A DNA stretch of 64,000 bases from Harriotta raleighana (lineage: Eukaryota). A model generated the notes under the pieces. That model saw nothing but the letters and a program-made list of their open reading frames with translations. It did no database searches and was not told the DNA's origin. Shown here in pieces: positions 50,101 to 62,099 of this stretch. A program made the translations under genes and the position numbers. Every line of letters begins with the position of its first letter. The stretch's first letter is position 1. Location of the stretch: positions 2,669,016 to 2,733,015 of the forward strand of contig JBNZDD010013618.1 of the NCBI GenBank assembly GCA_050575255.1, in the 5' to 3' direction.

Positions 50101-50848
50101 AACTACTCAGCTCAGGTGTAAGCTCTCTACGTTCCAGTGCCTTGGGACGTCTACCAATATGATGTTGGTAGACGTCTGTAGACGTCTAAATGCTGTTTGC
50201 CGTTGAAAAACTTCCCAAGTTTCCCCATAACACTGGGGAAGGAAATCTTCGTAGTGTTATATAATATGTGTGCGGAATCCTGTAGCTCAGTGGTTAGAGC
50301 ACTCGCCTTACAAGCAGGAGACTTGTGTTTGATTCCAGGCAGGGTGAAACCTTGCACAAGTTTCTACTCCACGTGCGTGATAATTCCCCATCCCCACTCC
50401 AAAAAAAACCTAAATTGGACATTTCAATCCACGACTGTTTGTGGGACACTGCTATGCACAATTGGCTGCTGCGTTTCGCCCACATATATACATTCAATGC
50501 ACTTTACAGTATATTCTGTGAAGTGCTTTGAGATGTCCAGCTCTATATCAAATGCAAGGATTATTATACATATATGTATATTTACATTGCTTGGAAAAAT
50601 CAGAGAATTGCTGTTACTGTAAAGAATCCAAGGAGATCCTATGAAATGCTGGAGTCTTATATTGCCTCATTCCTGGTCTATAGTATGTACTAACCAATCT
50701 TCATCTGTATTTCAGAAATACTTTCATGTATGGGACTTGCCTGAATAAAAATGAAATCGCATTGTCAGACCCAACACCTGATGGTAAACGTTTTGCAACA
50801 AATTATTGTGGAACCCCAAATTTTCTTGTTTATAACTTTATTAGTTAG
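36084..50848 (+). CDS. ESCO2: N-acetyltransferase ESCO2 (cohesin SMC3 acetyltransferase), about 759 aa, 11 coding exons
   Basis: Exons 36084-36139 ([12 protein letters not shown]), 37629-38868 ([18 protein letters not shown]), 40125-40169, 41084-41147, 41763-41823 (VYPIFS), 43578-43707 (KDQLII), 44212-44343 ([20 protein letters not shown]...H zinc finger), 44872-44961, 45085-45228, 48694-48878 ([15 protein letters not shown]), 50716-50848 ([16 protein letters not shown]). Total 2280 nt, all GT-AG. The three exons at 44212-45228 recur at +1338 (45550-45681, 46210-46299, 46423-46566), a likely artefact. Confidence 0.97.
36780..37510 (+). mobile_element. L2-clade LINE 3' fragment in an ESCO2 intron
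   Basis: [13 protein letters not shown] and [37 protein letters not shown]. Interrupted by single Ns at 36908 and 36999. Confidence 0.85.
42050..42764. mobile_element. Tigger-like MITE, family 2, lacking its left end and carrying CA and CT microsatellites
   Basis: Right end CACGGATAAACGGTTTTACTG|TA. Shares TTTTAACACATACCATATTAATAATAGACT with 46929-46958. Confidence 0.6.
44176..46850. repeat. Apparently exact 1337-bp direct duplication around a single N (likely assembly artefact)
   Basis: 44176-45512 matches 45514-46850 with N at 45513. No differences seen by eye. Confidence 0.9.
46812..47283. mobile_element. Tigger-like MITE, family 2
   Basis: TA|CAGTAAAAGCCTGTTTATCCGGCAC ... CGGATAAATGGACTTTTACTA|TA terminal inverted repeats with TA flanks. 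Confidence 0.75.
47689..47926. mobile_element. Penelope-like pLTR fragments in inverted arrangement with a decayed minimal hammerhead ribozyme
   Basis: CTGACAA 47874-47880, stem II GGGTC/GACCC (47882-47886 / 47890-47894), GAAA 47895-47898, then CATTGACT. The leading ACAAAACACAAAATACTGCAGATG..GGAA..AGCAGGTCAGGCAGCATC resembles the chondrichthyan Penelope terminal repeat as I recall it. Confidence 0.65.
48950..49265 (-). mobile_element. tRNA-derived SINE, full length (dominant local family)
   Basis: On - : A box TAGCTCAGTGGTTAGAGC, B-box-like GTGTTGGAATCC, central core (CACTGCTGTGCGCAATTGGCTGCC), 3' stem-loop and TATCAAATGCAAGG(ATT)n tail. Confidence 0.85.
50275..50567 (+). mobile_element. tRNA-derived SINE, full length
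   Basis: CCTGTAGCTCAGTGGTTAGAGCACTCGCC ... TATATCAAATGCAAGGATTATTAT. Confidence 0.85.
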
Positions 50849-51829
50849 TTTTTAAAAGCAATGTTTATTCTTAAGCTTTCCTCTGATTGTACTGTTTTGT
50901 TGCCATGCATTTTATCTCAACTAATATTAAAATAAACCATTTAGTAAATAAGGTTAATAACTTCAGCTGAATAATAGAAATATATTACTGGTCTTTTGTA
51001 TTATTATCTGCCCTAGGTTAAAGTTCAGTTGGTCTTTTTTAATTGTTCTTTAAGTTAATTATGTTTGTTGTATGTTCAACATCCATTCATGAACCTAGTT
51101 TTTGATGTTAATCCTAAACCAAATAGACTGAATATATCCAAATGTTTTTTAATTCAATTTTATAACAAACATAAGAGTCAACTTTTTCCTGTCTGGGGCA
51201 ATCATCCATTTTCTCCTTCCTCAAATTCTTTTGATTGGTTTGAAGACATTTGTTTTTATGTGCAATTTGAACTCAGGATAGTTGGATGGACTTTAACAAA
51301 CAACTGTCATGGGCTGAAAAACATTTGACCCAGTAGAAGGCAAAAACTAATGTTTGTAGGTATACTGTCAAAGGTGTTAAAATAAAGTATTTGTTTCCCA
51401 CAATAAATAAATTTCTAATGGTTACAACAAAATTACATTTGTATAGTTCTTTTCACATAAGGAGGATGTCCCAAGGCGCTGAACAGTCACTATCTCAGAC
51501 CTGAGCTGGGGTCGGGATCACGGAGAGTGGAGGGGATTTGGGGTGATGGGACCGTGGAAGAGGGTTTTGAGGCAGGACTTGGAAGGAGGCTAGGGAGAGA
51601 GCGAGGCACAGAACTGGGATAGAATTCCAGAGATTAGGGGCGGAATGTCTGAAGGTTCGTTCGCCAATGGTGATTAATGTTCAGTGCCTCTAACTGTTCT
51701 AATAAGCTTTGCTTTTGATAATGCATTTTACTTATCATGGACTGAAGACTTGTATAATGTTTAGGTAAACAGCCACTGTACATAGCCATATCCTACAAAC
51801 TACCATTTAAATAAATGACTAATTTAATC

Positions 51830-52030
51830 GGGCTGGTGGGAGGGGGGATAATTGGTGGTGAGTACAGAGAGAAATTACCTTATGTTTTCGAACAGTGCCA
51901 AGGGATCTTTATCATCCCCTAAACAGGCACATGGGACCTTGGTTTCAAATCTTATCTGAAGGACAAAATCTCTTGTCAATGCAGTGCTCCCAAAACCACC
52001 AGCCTCGGGAGGGGGTTGCATGAACCCAAC
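51830..52030 (-). mobile_element. Deu-domain SINE remnant between the ESCO2 and PBK 3' ends
   Basis: The reverse complement reads GGGAGCACTGCATTG..TCCTTCAGATAAGATTTGAAACCAAGGTCCC..AAAGATCCCTTGGCACTGTTCGAA. Confidence 0.6.
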
Positions 52031-52848
52031 AAATTGATTGATACGAGTGATAAAGCTTGAAATTTCACTTCACTTATAAAACTGAGAAGTACAAGTTGTA
52101 TACTGTTCTCAGGACCATCTGTAGTTCAATTCAGGACCAAGTTTGATAATGGCAGAGAATATATTCCAATAGATATAACATAGGCAATTGAAGGGAGAAT
52201 ATTCTATTTAAGGCCACAATATGCAGCGAGCGAGTTAAAAGGCTATACCACAGGATATTTGCTCATGCAAACACGTTTTTAGAGAGTGGGGTAGGGGGCA
52301 TAAAAAGGCAGGAATTGTTGGAATCTGTCCATGGACTTTATGACACTTCCACAGCACATTAAATTAATGAACCAAACAGCTGCTGGAATATAGATATAAC
52401 CAATCTAATTGGAATAGATATAATTTTGTCAACAGAAATGGCAGCATCTTAGTTTATATAATTTTATTACATCAAATACTGAACAGTAAGCAAATATTTA
52501 ACAGAAATGAATGACTAATTGCTCATTGGTTTTGAACATTAGTAAAGAGATTTAAAGTTGAATTATTCAGACAACATATAAATTGCTAAAAATCACAAAA
52601 GAAAAACACAGGTGTAAAACTGGACACAAGCTTAGAAATTAAAACAGATTTTGAAATTTAGAAAAACGCAAGTATTTACAAACATCTATACAGTCTTAAA
52701 TGTGTTTCAAATTTAATCAAATTTTTAAAACTAATTTTAACTACCCACACCCAAACATGTTTATACGAGAAGTATTTCCTTTATCTAGATGAAATATTTA
52801 ATCCCCAAACTTCACAATTAGGATAAGGTATTTTACAGCAACCTTCAC

Positions 52849-55800
52849 TTATTCTGTAACTTCCATCAATGCCTCAACCTCCGTCACTATCTGTGTGGCA
52901 GAGGGACGTTTCTTAGGATCTTCATTTGTGCACAGCAGAAATAATTCAATAACCGCCTGGTAGGAAGCGTTCAGTTCCTCCATGTTAAGTGCTGGTCTTG
53001 TTCCTAAAGCAGCATAGTAAGCATCCTCATCAAAACTGTCTTCTTCATCATCATCTTCAAAAGATTCTGGAACAGCAAAATATGGCAATATTTGATAATG
53101 AGCAACAATAAAACCCATCTCAAAAAACGGATAAATGTGACTAAAGTTGTTTGCATTCTCCAGCAAAAAAAAATCAATTGAGAAGAGTACAAGTTAATCA
53201 ACATATTATCCTGCTCTATCTCCACTGAGCTCTCCTCTCACAAACTCTCCCTCCACATCCATTCTGCCATTCACAATGATGGGCGCCTGCGTGTCCTAGT
53301 GATTATCTGGAGCCTCAGCAACTCGGACCCTCCCGTCACTGCGGGCCATTACTGCATCTTCCTTAACCACCCAAAATATTATACTCGCTCCCTGAATGCC
53401 TGCCCGACTCACTCACTCGCTCCCTGACTGCCTGTCTGGCTCACTCATTCACTCCCTAACTGCTTGCCTGGCACACTCACTCGCTGCCGGTCTCTTGCTG
53501 CCGGCCTGACTCAATCCCAGGTCCTAGCCCTGTCGTGCCCCTTTTCCCCCCACTGGCAAACGACGTAATAGCGAACGTCGCACCATTAAATGAATATGTT
53601 CCCAATGTATCAGCAACGTAATGAAAAAAACTTTAACTGAGGCGAAGTTAAGCGGGGTCTACCTGTATTCCAGGATGCTATTCTAGTGAATGAATAGTGA
53701 TGGAAGTTGGGAGCTATAATTCTTATCACTTGGCTTCAGATAACTTTTCAAGCCAATGCACTAATCACTAGTATTAACTGAACAAGCTATGGAAAGGTCA
53801 ACCATGTCTTGTGGCTTTCTAATTTTGAAATACAATTTTTCCCTCATTTTTTGTTTCCTAGTTAAAAGTATGTTTCCATAAATTAAGACCCATCCCAAAG
53901 AATACTGGTGGGAACATATTACAAGACTGAGAAAATTAATCTTACCCTCAGAAATATTTACATGAGGCATGGAAAGGGTCATCATTTCCCACAACGTAAG
54001 GCCATATGGGAAGATGTCGGACTTGTCTGTAATTATTCCATTTTCTTCCAAAGCCTCTTTCGGTTTCCATGGCTCAGTGCCAATGTATACTGCATTTGGC
54101 TTGCTCACTGTAAAAATATTGAAAAACACAGCAATTAATCTTTCGTGATAGATTAGTTTTCAGCAATTTATGGCTAGAGATGCTAATTTAAGGATTATAA
54201 ACTCATGAAAATTCTACAATACAACAATCTGGTTACCAGCTGGACCAACAGAAAAGTGTGGTCAGACGTTTTCTGTGGAATCCACTACAAACGTCCTCTT
54301 CCACTACAAACCTATACACAGTGTGCTAGGCCATTGCCTCTGCACTGTTTGCTTGTCTATGCAACTGTGGGCAGAGCAAAGTGAATTGAGGCAGGACTTG
54401 CGCACGTGGTCGCACGTGCGCAGTGTGGGGAGTGTTGGTATTGCGGAAGTGGCACGGGCAAGAAATCGGCTTCGCCCGCTGGTGAGTGACCCACGATGCA
54501 AATAGCAGCTGTGGGACACTGCTGCCCTCTGTTTGCTCAACACTCGGCCTAAACTGAGCTCCTATGATGAATTACAGGTAAGTACTGCAATTCAGCTTGG
54601 TATTTTCAACATAACATGTTTGGGAAATATACCTATAGATTTTAGTCTAGGTTGTTCCACAAAATGTGTCTCAATAGTACCAACCAAACCAATCTTCCGC
54701 AAAATTTATAGAATCTCTCTACAATTTTTCACAAAAGGTACCCCGAAATTTTGGGTGAATATTTCCGCACTTTTCTATTGGCTCAGGTTATATTACACAA
54801 TTGTAATCCTATATCCCACACATTCAAGTGGGATCACAAAACCACTTTCATTTCCAAGAACAGCTCCACATGCACTTAGTCTAACGCAAAGAGGAAATAT
54901 CAGCAAGATACAGTCTGTGACAGTAATGCAGCATTCCAATGTGCTACCCCGCATGAAGGACGGATTTTATACAAGTGTAATTTTGTTCTTATTGTTTATA
55001 AATGCAAGTTTTGTTGAAAGCAAGCTACTGTTTGAAATGACTGCGCAATTTACCATAGGAATTAAAGGTACAAATACAAAACCAGATCTACAAAGTAATT
55101 CCTTCACATACCTTGCATGTTTTCATCCAAATGAAGAGAAACTCCTACATCGCAGATCTTGATGGTCTCAAAGTCACCTTTAATGACTATATTGCAGGAC
55201 TTGATGTCTCCATGCAAGAGTCTCTTCTCATTGTGCAAATACTGAAAATCATTAAAAGCAAAGAAGTCATGCAATAGTGACCCTGCAGAAATATATCTTA
55301 GTCTGTTATAAGTATCAGGGTTTAAACAAAATATGCTCAAAATAAAAGCAGTAAGAACTCCCTTTGAAGAGTTTAGACTCCAAGAGCAGCTCAGTATCTT
55401 TGAAGGCAGATATTCCAATATAGTTTCTTAAATGGGACTTGATACTGCTTAAACATGTTTAAATAGTTTCCTGCATAGAAAATTTTATCAGATTGTATAA
55501 TTTTGTTATAGTTGTTGCCAGCGCCTTGGCCCATCCTTCTGATACGAAAGGCATTATATAAATGTAATTTGTTGTTGCTCTCATATTTAAATCCAGGTCC
55601 TCCCCTCACCTACAAAATTACAATTGTATAGTATCTTTCACATCCGGAAGATGTCCCATATACCTCAGCAACAAAAACAACAATTTGCACTTGTTTCGCA
55701 TCCTCCATGCAGATCAGCTTCTTAGAGTGCTTAACAGTTGCGGCCTGTCTCTGAGCTGGGGAAGGGAATTGGGGGATAGATGATCATAAGCACAAGCGAA

Positions 55801-58800
55801 AAGGAAGGTTTTCAGGCAGGACTTAAAAAAGGGGAGTGAAAGGACATGGCGGAGGAATTGAAGGAGCGTTCCACAGTTTGAGGGCAGAGAATGCGATAGA
55901 TGAGCAGGAGGTTGCTGCCAATCGAGCAGAGGCCCCGGGTGGTGGAATGGGGAGTGAGGAGGTGCCAGAGAGTGAAGCGAACTGAACACGAGTGTCAACC
56001 TGTGCAGTGATGGAGGGTCAATGGAGCCTGGACAGAACTGGTGAGATGTGGGTTCAGCCTTTGATTTGGATAAGTATATGGGTGCCAGAGTTCTGAATGA
56101 GCTGGGAGACTGGCGAGAAATCCAAGCGGGAAATGACACGTTTTGGTTGCATGCTGAGGTTTAGGCTTGTCTGGCTGATGTCTGCATACATGTGGATATA
56201 TGTGCAACCTCCTTTACGCTTATCAACTTAGCCCTTTCCTTCACTCAACTTGCTCCGTGTCTCCAGCTCAATCATTCCCATCACCAGCTTTTAGCCCTTT
56301 GTTGTCTTTGCTCTCTGGAACTCTGAGATTCCTCAGATTTCCTCCCTCTATTCTTTCAAGGTACACCTCAAAATATGTCTCTTTGACTGCTTTTGGACTT
56401 CTTTCCCCTCCTCCCCTAAGCTCCAGTGCGCAGCCAGAATTGCACAGTGTTTGGGGACATCCTCCAGACATGAAAGCCACAATGCAAATGAAACTGCATT
56501 ATTTGAGGGGCCTACCTCCTTTGGTTCTTACTTTATTTCAGCGCCTTGGGACGTCCTCCTGACGTGAAACGCGCTCTATAAGTGTAATTTTGTTGTTGTT
56601 GTTATTGTTATTGCATTGATCGGTATAAAACATGTTGTTCAGAGAAATCACACCATCACCATAATTACCTTCAAACCACGTGCCACGTGCAAAGCTACTT
56701 TTAGGATAGTAGAAGCATGAAAAGGACCCTGTCCTTGTTCAACCCTCTCTTCTATAAGATCATTCAGAGACTTTTCTCCCCCAAATTCCATAACCAGGCA
56801 CAAAGTTCCATCATTTGCTTTCGTAAAAGCGCGATATCCTGGGGGAGAAAATCAGAATTTTAGACTATTTGAGTTTCACAAGGGTCAATTTTGGTTTCAT
56901 AAGGTTACTCATGAAGCAGATTTTCATTGGATCTCATTTAACATCAAGAGTCTCATATTATACAACTGAAGAATCATTAAATGCATATGAAGTAATCCAC
57001 TGTCCCTGAGGTGGTTTAAATGTGTAATTGTCTGCTACAAATGGCTAATGAGGATGAGACTATAAATTCTCTTAAAAGGAATTGGATATGGTAATTGGTG
57101 GCTTATGTATGATAAAGCAAGCAGGCATACACCAGATAGGATTAATGGTTTCTGTGCTGCAACAATCCATAACCATATGTCAATAATTATAAAAACACTG
57201 TGTACTAATTGTACCAACTGAATGAATGACCAGAACTGAACCAGAAATAAAATTCCTGCAATTTCATTAACAAGCTTCATAACACTGTTGATCTATACCG
57301 TTTCCTAGTTTTACAAAAATACTAGTAGGCAGAGTTCAACGAGAAAAAACTAACTCAAAACTTTCTCATGTAATTGCATGTGGAGTGCTGTAGCTCAGTG
57401 GTTAGAGCACTCTTGCCTTGCAAGTGAGAGGCCTGAGTTCAATTTCAGACAGGTCAGGGTGAAACCTTGGTCGCGTTTTCTTACTCCACATGCCCTATAA
57501 TAATCCCTCGAAAAAAATAATTGAACAATTGGTCATTTCAATCCATGATTGCTTGTGGGACAATGTTGTGCACAATTAATTGGCTGCTGCTTTTTGCTCA
57601 CAAATATACAGTCAATTCACTTTATAGTATATTCTGTGGAGCGCACTGAGATGTCTGGAAGACATGTAAAGCTCTATATCAAATGCAAGGATAATAATAA
57701 TTATTATTACAGTATATTATTTTTCAAAATAAATCATACTTTTGGCATAATGGCCTGATCCAAAAATAAAGTAAACCTACCAACAATGTTAGGGTGTACC
57801 AGGTCTTTCAGAAGTTTGGCCTCTTCCTGGAGTCTCTTCAAATAAATACTCTGTTGCTTTTTATCACATCTAGCATTAATCTTTTTCACAGCCCAAGGAG
57901 AACAAGAGGTACCTCGAGGGGATCTATATGCAAAACATTTTTTTGTAAAAACTGCATGTCCCATAGATAGTAAGTCCTATAGCAAGTAAGTGCAAAGTAG
58001 GATAAAAAGCAGATTTGGCAATAGAAAGGGATCTGCGTGCTCTAATATGTGGCCCACAGACCGCATTCAGCTCGCAGTGATTTTATCCGGCGTGCGACCA
58101 TTTCCAACATTCAAACCTCCTCTACCTCCCTCCCTGGTGAACGTACTTCCACAGGAGTGGCAGGAGCCAGTGGTTGGGAGGACACAGTGCGGAGAGTGGA
58201 AATAATGCCGGGCATTTCTGCAATCTGTCTGGAAGACAAACGTGTCTCTGACCAATCGCATCCTTAGAAATGCAATCCTGCTGCTGCAGGCAAGGTTTGC
58301 CACATGGCTGATTGGGAGAAAGATTGAGNAATCGGCGTGCTCTAATATGTGGCCCACCGACCGCATTCGGCCCGCAGAGTGATTTTATCTGGCGCGTGAC
58401 CATTTCCAACATTCAAACCTCCTCTACCTCTCTCCCTCGTGAACGTACTTCCACAGGAGTGACAGGAGCCAGTGGTTGGGAGGACACAGTGCGGAGAGTG
58501 GAAATAACGCCGGGCATTTCTGCAATATGTCTGGAAGACAAACGTGTCTCTGACCAATCGCATCCTTAGAAATATAATCCTGCCGCTGCAGGCAAGGTTT
58601 GCCGCATGGCTGATTGGGAGAAAGATTGAGAGAGGCAAAGTGGGGACAGAGAGGCAGAGTGGGGACAGAGAGGCAAAGTGGGGACAGNGAGAAGGGGGAT
58701 ACTCTTCTCTGCCCCTTCTCACTCGCACGTACACACACTTTCAATTACTTTCTCACACTCTCTCTTCCCTCTCACACTCCATGTTGGATTGCATGGCTAT

Positions 58801-60214
58801 CCTACGAAATACTGTATAAACGATCATACGAACTAAGCAAAGCTACCACAAAATCGAACACCTTCTCCATAGGTGTTCAACCTACGTTAATCTTTAAAAC
58901 GCTNTCCATGTTGGATTGCATGGCTGTCCTACAAAATACTGTATAAACGATCATACGAACTAAGCAAAGCTACCACAGAATCGAACACCTTCTCCATAGG
59001 TGTTCAACCTACGTTAATCTTTAAAACGCTTACCGTTTCATGAGGTAAACATTCACTCCAGTGCCATAACCCAGTTTCTTCATAAAAGGTGAAGCTGGAA
59101 TAACCACTGACACAGGACCTTCATTCCCAGAACCTGGAAAATGTCCAAAACGTTAGTATATTTGATTCCATTCCACATTGTGCTCCATCTTCAGAAACAT
59201 GACATAAATCAGCATGCAAGTGTCTAATCTTTTGNNNNNNNNNNNNNNNNNNNNNNNNNNNNNNNNNNNNNNNNNNNNNNNNNNNNNNNNNNNNNNNNNN
59301 NNNNNNNNNNNNNNNNNNNNNNNNNNNNNNNNNNNNNNNNNNNNNNNNNNNNNNNNNNNNNNNNNNNNNNNNNNNNNNNNNNNNNNNNNNNNNNNNNNNN
59401 NNNNNNNNNNNNNNNNNNNNNNNNNNNNNNNNNNNNNNNNNNNNNNNNNNNNNNNNNNNNNNNNNNNNNNNNNNNNNNNNNNNNNNNNNNNNNNNNNNNN
59501 NNNNNNNNNNNNNNNNNNNNNNNNNNNNNNNNNNNNNNNNNNNNNNNNNNNNNNNNNNNNNNNNNNNNNNNNNNNNNNNNNNNNNNNNNNNNNNNNNNNN
59601 NNNNNNNNNNNNNNNNNNNNNNNNNNNNNNNNNNNNNNNNNNNNNNNNNNNNNNNNNNNNNNNNNNNNNNNNNNNNNNNNNNNNNNNNNNNNNNNNNNNN
59701 NNNNNNNNNNNNNNNNNNNNNNNNNNNNNNNNNNNNNNNNNNNNNNNNNNNNNNNNNNNNNNNNNNNNNNNNNNNNNNNNNNNNNNNNNNNNNNNNNNNN
59801 NNNNNNNNNNNNNNNNNNNNNNNNNNNNNNNNNNNNNNNNNNNNNNNNNNNNNNNNNNNNNNNNNNNNNNNNNNNNNNNNNNNNNNNNNNNNNNNNNNNN
59901 NNNNNNNNNNNNNNNNNNNNNNNTGCTCTATAAATGCAATCTTGTTGTTGTTGTTGTTGAAAATAAATAATGATCAGCAAGAAGTATACTTACAAGATTC
60001 TCAATTTCAAGTGTCTCATTTTATAGATTTATACAAAGGTCATCTAATTTACATTGCAAGTCTTAGCTTAAATTCAGCATCCTATTTAAATCCCAGAGAT
60101 AAAAAGTTTGTACAACACATCGCCAGCTGGTGTGGTAGCAAGAGAGTTGGTACCTGGACGATTGCTTTTAGTTTCTTGTTTGCAAGGTGTCTTGAAAAGG
60201 CTGGCAGGATCCAT
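52849..60214 (-). CDS. PBK: PDZ-binding kinase / TOPK (mitotic Ser/Thr kinase), 327 aa, 7 coding exons
   Basis: Exons 60214-60154 ([12 protein letters not shown]; second copy 60448-60388), 59133-59034 ([23 protein letters not shown]), 57923-57781 ([14 protein letters not shown]), 56838-56669 ([18 protein letters not shown]), 55241-55112 ([18 protein letters not shown]), 54107-53946 ([11 protein letters not shown]), 53066-52849 ([14 protein letters not shown]). Total 984 nt, all GT-AG. Confidence 0.98.
53280..53665. mobile_element. Partial Tigger-like DNA transposon with an internal ~30-bp tandem repeat
   Basis: Right end GTTAAGCGGGGTCTACCTG|TA is pogo-type. ACTCACTCGCTCCCTGACTGCCTG-like units at about 53385-53485. 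Left end not seen. Confidence 0.45.
57381..57709 (+). mobile_element. tRNA-derived SINE, full length
   Basis: TGTAGCTCAGTGGTTAGAGCAC, GAGTTCAATT B box, core and tail as in the other copies. Confidence 0.85.
58035..58630. mobile_element. hAT/Charlie-like non-autonomous element end, two copies joined by N at 58329
   Basis: GCGTGCTCTAATATGTGGCCCACCGACCGCATTCGGCCCGC resembles the GGCCCGC-rich subterminal repeats of Charlie-type elements. Confidence 0.5.
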
Positions 60215-60994
60215 ATTTTCTGTCAGTTTCCAAAATCGANATCTATGTCTCATTTTATAGATTTATACAAAGGTCATCTAATTTACATTGCAAGTCTTAG
60301 CTTAAATTCAGCATCCTATTTAAATCCCAGAGATAAAAAGTTTGTACAACACATCGCCAGCTGGTGTGGTAGCAAGAGAGTTGGTACCTGGACGATTGCT
60401 TTTAGTTTCTTGTTTGCAAGGTGTCTTGAAAAGGCTGGCAGGATCCATATTTTCTGTCAGTTTCCAAAATCGAACAAAGGAAATTTTGCAAGCGTTGCAA
60501 ATACTGTGAAGGTAGGAGAGAATGAACAGCTAGCTAGTAAGTCTGTAAAAATGATCTGCAAGTTTCCAGATATTGACATAACCTATCAAAATAAGACATC
60601 ACAGTTGAATGTTCTGGTAATTTACACTAATATTGCATCTAATTACATTTTGCTGGACTGTGATTTTAGGAAAGTTTGCAACGATCAGAAATATGGCTGT
60701 AGAAAAAATGATTCACTATTCCATCCAAACTATGCAGAAAAAGACAAGACAACATAAAATACTACGGGACAAGTATTCTTTGATGAACACGTAATTATAA
60801 TAATCCTTGCATTTGATATAGCGATTTTCACGTCGTCTAGACGTCTCAAAAAAAACATTAAATGTGTTCTCAAACAGGTTAATAGGATAAACTATTATAG
60901 GATGGTTCTTGCAAGTTTATCATCCAAATCAATGTGATCTCTACTTCATGTAATTAATCTCAGATATTCATGACACTAGAATGACACTGGTTAT

Positions 60995-62040
60995 CACGGT
61001 GGGAGGTGAGAGGAGGGGGTCACGGTGGGAGGTGGGGGGCGAGAGTAGGGGGTCACGCTGGGAGGCGAGGAGAGGAGGGGGTCACGGTGGGAGGTGGNNN
61101 NNNNNNNNNNNNNNNNNNNNNNNNNNNNNNNNNNNNNNNNNNNNNNNNNNNNNNNNNNNNNNNNNNNNNNNNNNNNNNNNNNNNNNNNNNNNNNNNNNNN
61201 NNNNNNNNNNNNNNNNNNNNNNNNNNNNNNNNNNNNNNNNNNNNNNNNNNNNNNNNNNNNNNNNNNNNNNNNNNNNNNNNNNNNNNNNNNNNNNNNNNNN
61301 NNNNNNNNNNNNNNNNNNNNNNNNNNNNNNNNNNNNNNNNNNNNNNNNNNNNNNNNNNNNNNNNNNNNNNNNNNNNNNNNNNNNNNNNNNNNNNNNNNNN
61401 NNNNNNNNNNNNNNNNNNNNNNNNNNNNNNNNNNNNNNNNNNNNNNNNNNNNNNNNNNNNNNNNNNNNNNNNNNNNNNNNNNNNNNNNNNNNNNNNNNNN
61501 NNNNNNNNNNNNNNNNNNNNNNNNNNNNNNNNNNNNNNNNNNNNNNNNNNNNNNNNNNNNNNNNNNNNNNNNNNNNNNNNNNNNNNNNNNNNNNNNNNNN
61601 NNNNNNNNNNNNNNNNNNNNNNNNNNNNNNNNNGGTGGGAGGGGAGGAGAGGAGGGGGTCACGCTGGGAGGAGAGGAGAGGAGGGGGTCACGGTGGGAGA
61701 GTGGAGAGGGTCACGGTGGGTGGGGGTCACGGTGGGGGGGGAGGAGAGGGGGTCACAGTGCGGGGGTCAGGGGGGGTCACGGTGAGGAGGGTCAGCGGGT
61801 GGGAGGGGAGGAGAGGAGGGGGTCACGGTGGGAGGGGAAGAGAGTGGAGGGGGGTCACGGTGGGAGGGTCAGAGGGAGGGGGGGTCACTGTGGGAGGGTC
61901 AGTGGGAGGGGGGTCACGGTGAGGAGGGTCAGAGGGTGGGAGGGGAGGAGAGGGGGTCACGGTGGGAGGGGAAGAGAGTGGAGGGAGGTCACGGTGGGAG
62001 GGTCAGAGGGAGGGGGTCACGGTGAGGAGGGTCAGGGGAG
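60995..62040. repeat. G-rich minisatellite (core GGGGGTCACGGTGGGAGG, variable units of about 22-32 bp) in PBK intron 1, spanning an N gap
   Basis: Unit repeated many times on both sides of gap 61098-61633. Confidence 0.9.
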
Positions 62041-62099
62041 TGGGAGGCGTTGCTATGACAATGGAAGGTGTGGCAGTTGAGAGGAGCGGTTCAAACTAT

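Noticed and set aside
50275-50345. tRNA-like sequences with A and B boxes (also about 17670, 24900, 29175, 32700, 49220, 57385)
   Set aside because: These are SINE heads followed by SINE body and tail, without a complete cloverleaf.
54533-55162. 209-aa + strand ORF
   Set aside because: Antisense within a PBK intron, partly repeat-derived, with a non-ATG start and no recognisable domain.
58778-59031. ~125-bp tandem duplication next to a PBK exon
   Set aside because: Joined by N at 58904 and nearly identical, so likely an assembly artefact.
60012-60473. Duplicated first coding exon of PBK and the 271-aa + strand ORF at 59942-60757
   Set aside because: Identical 228-bp copies flank N at 60240. 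The ORF is antisense to PBK and reads through the artefact.
59153-62080. Long ORFs of 222-328 aa
   Set aside because: They consist of N gaps and G-rich minisatellite.
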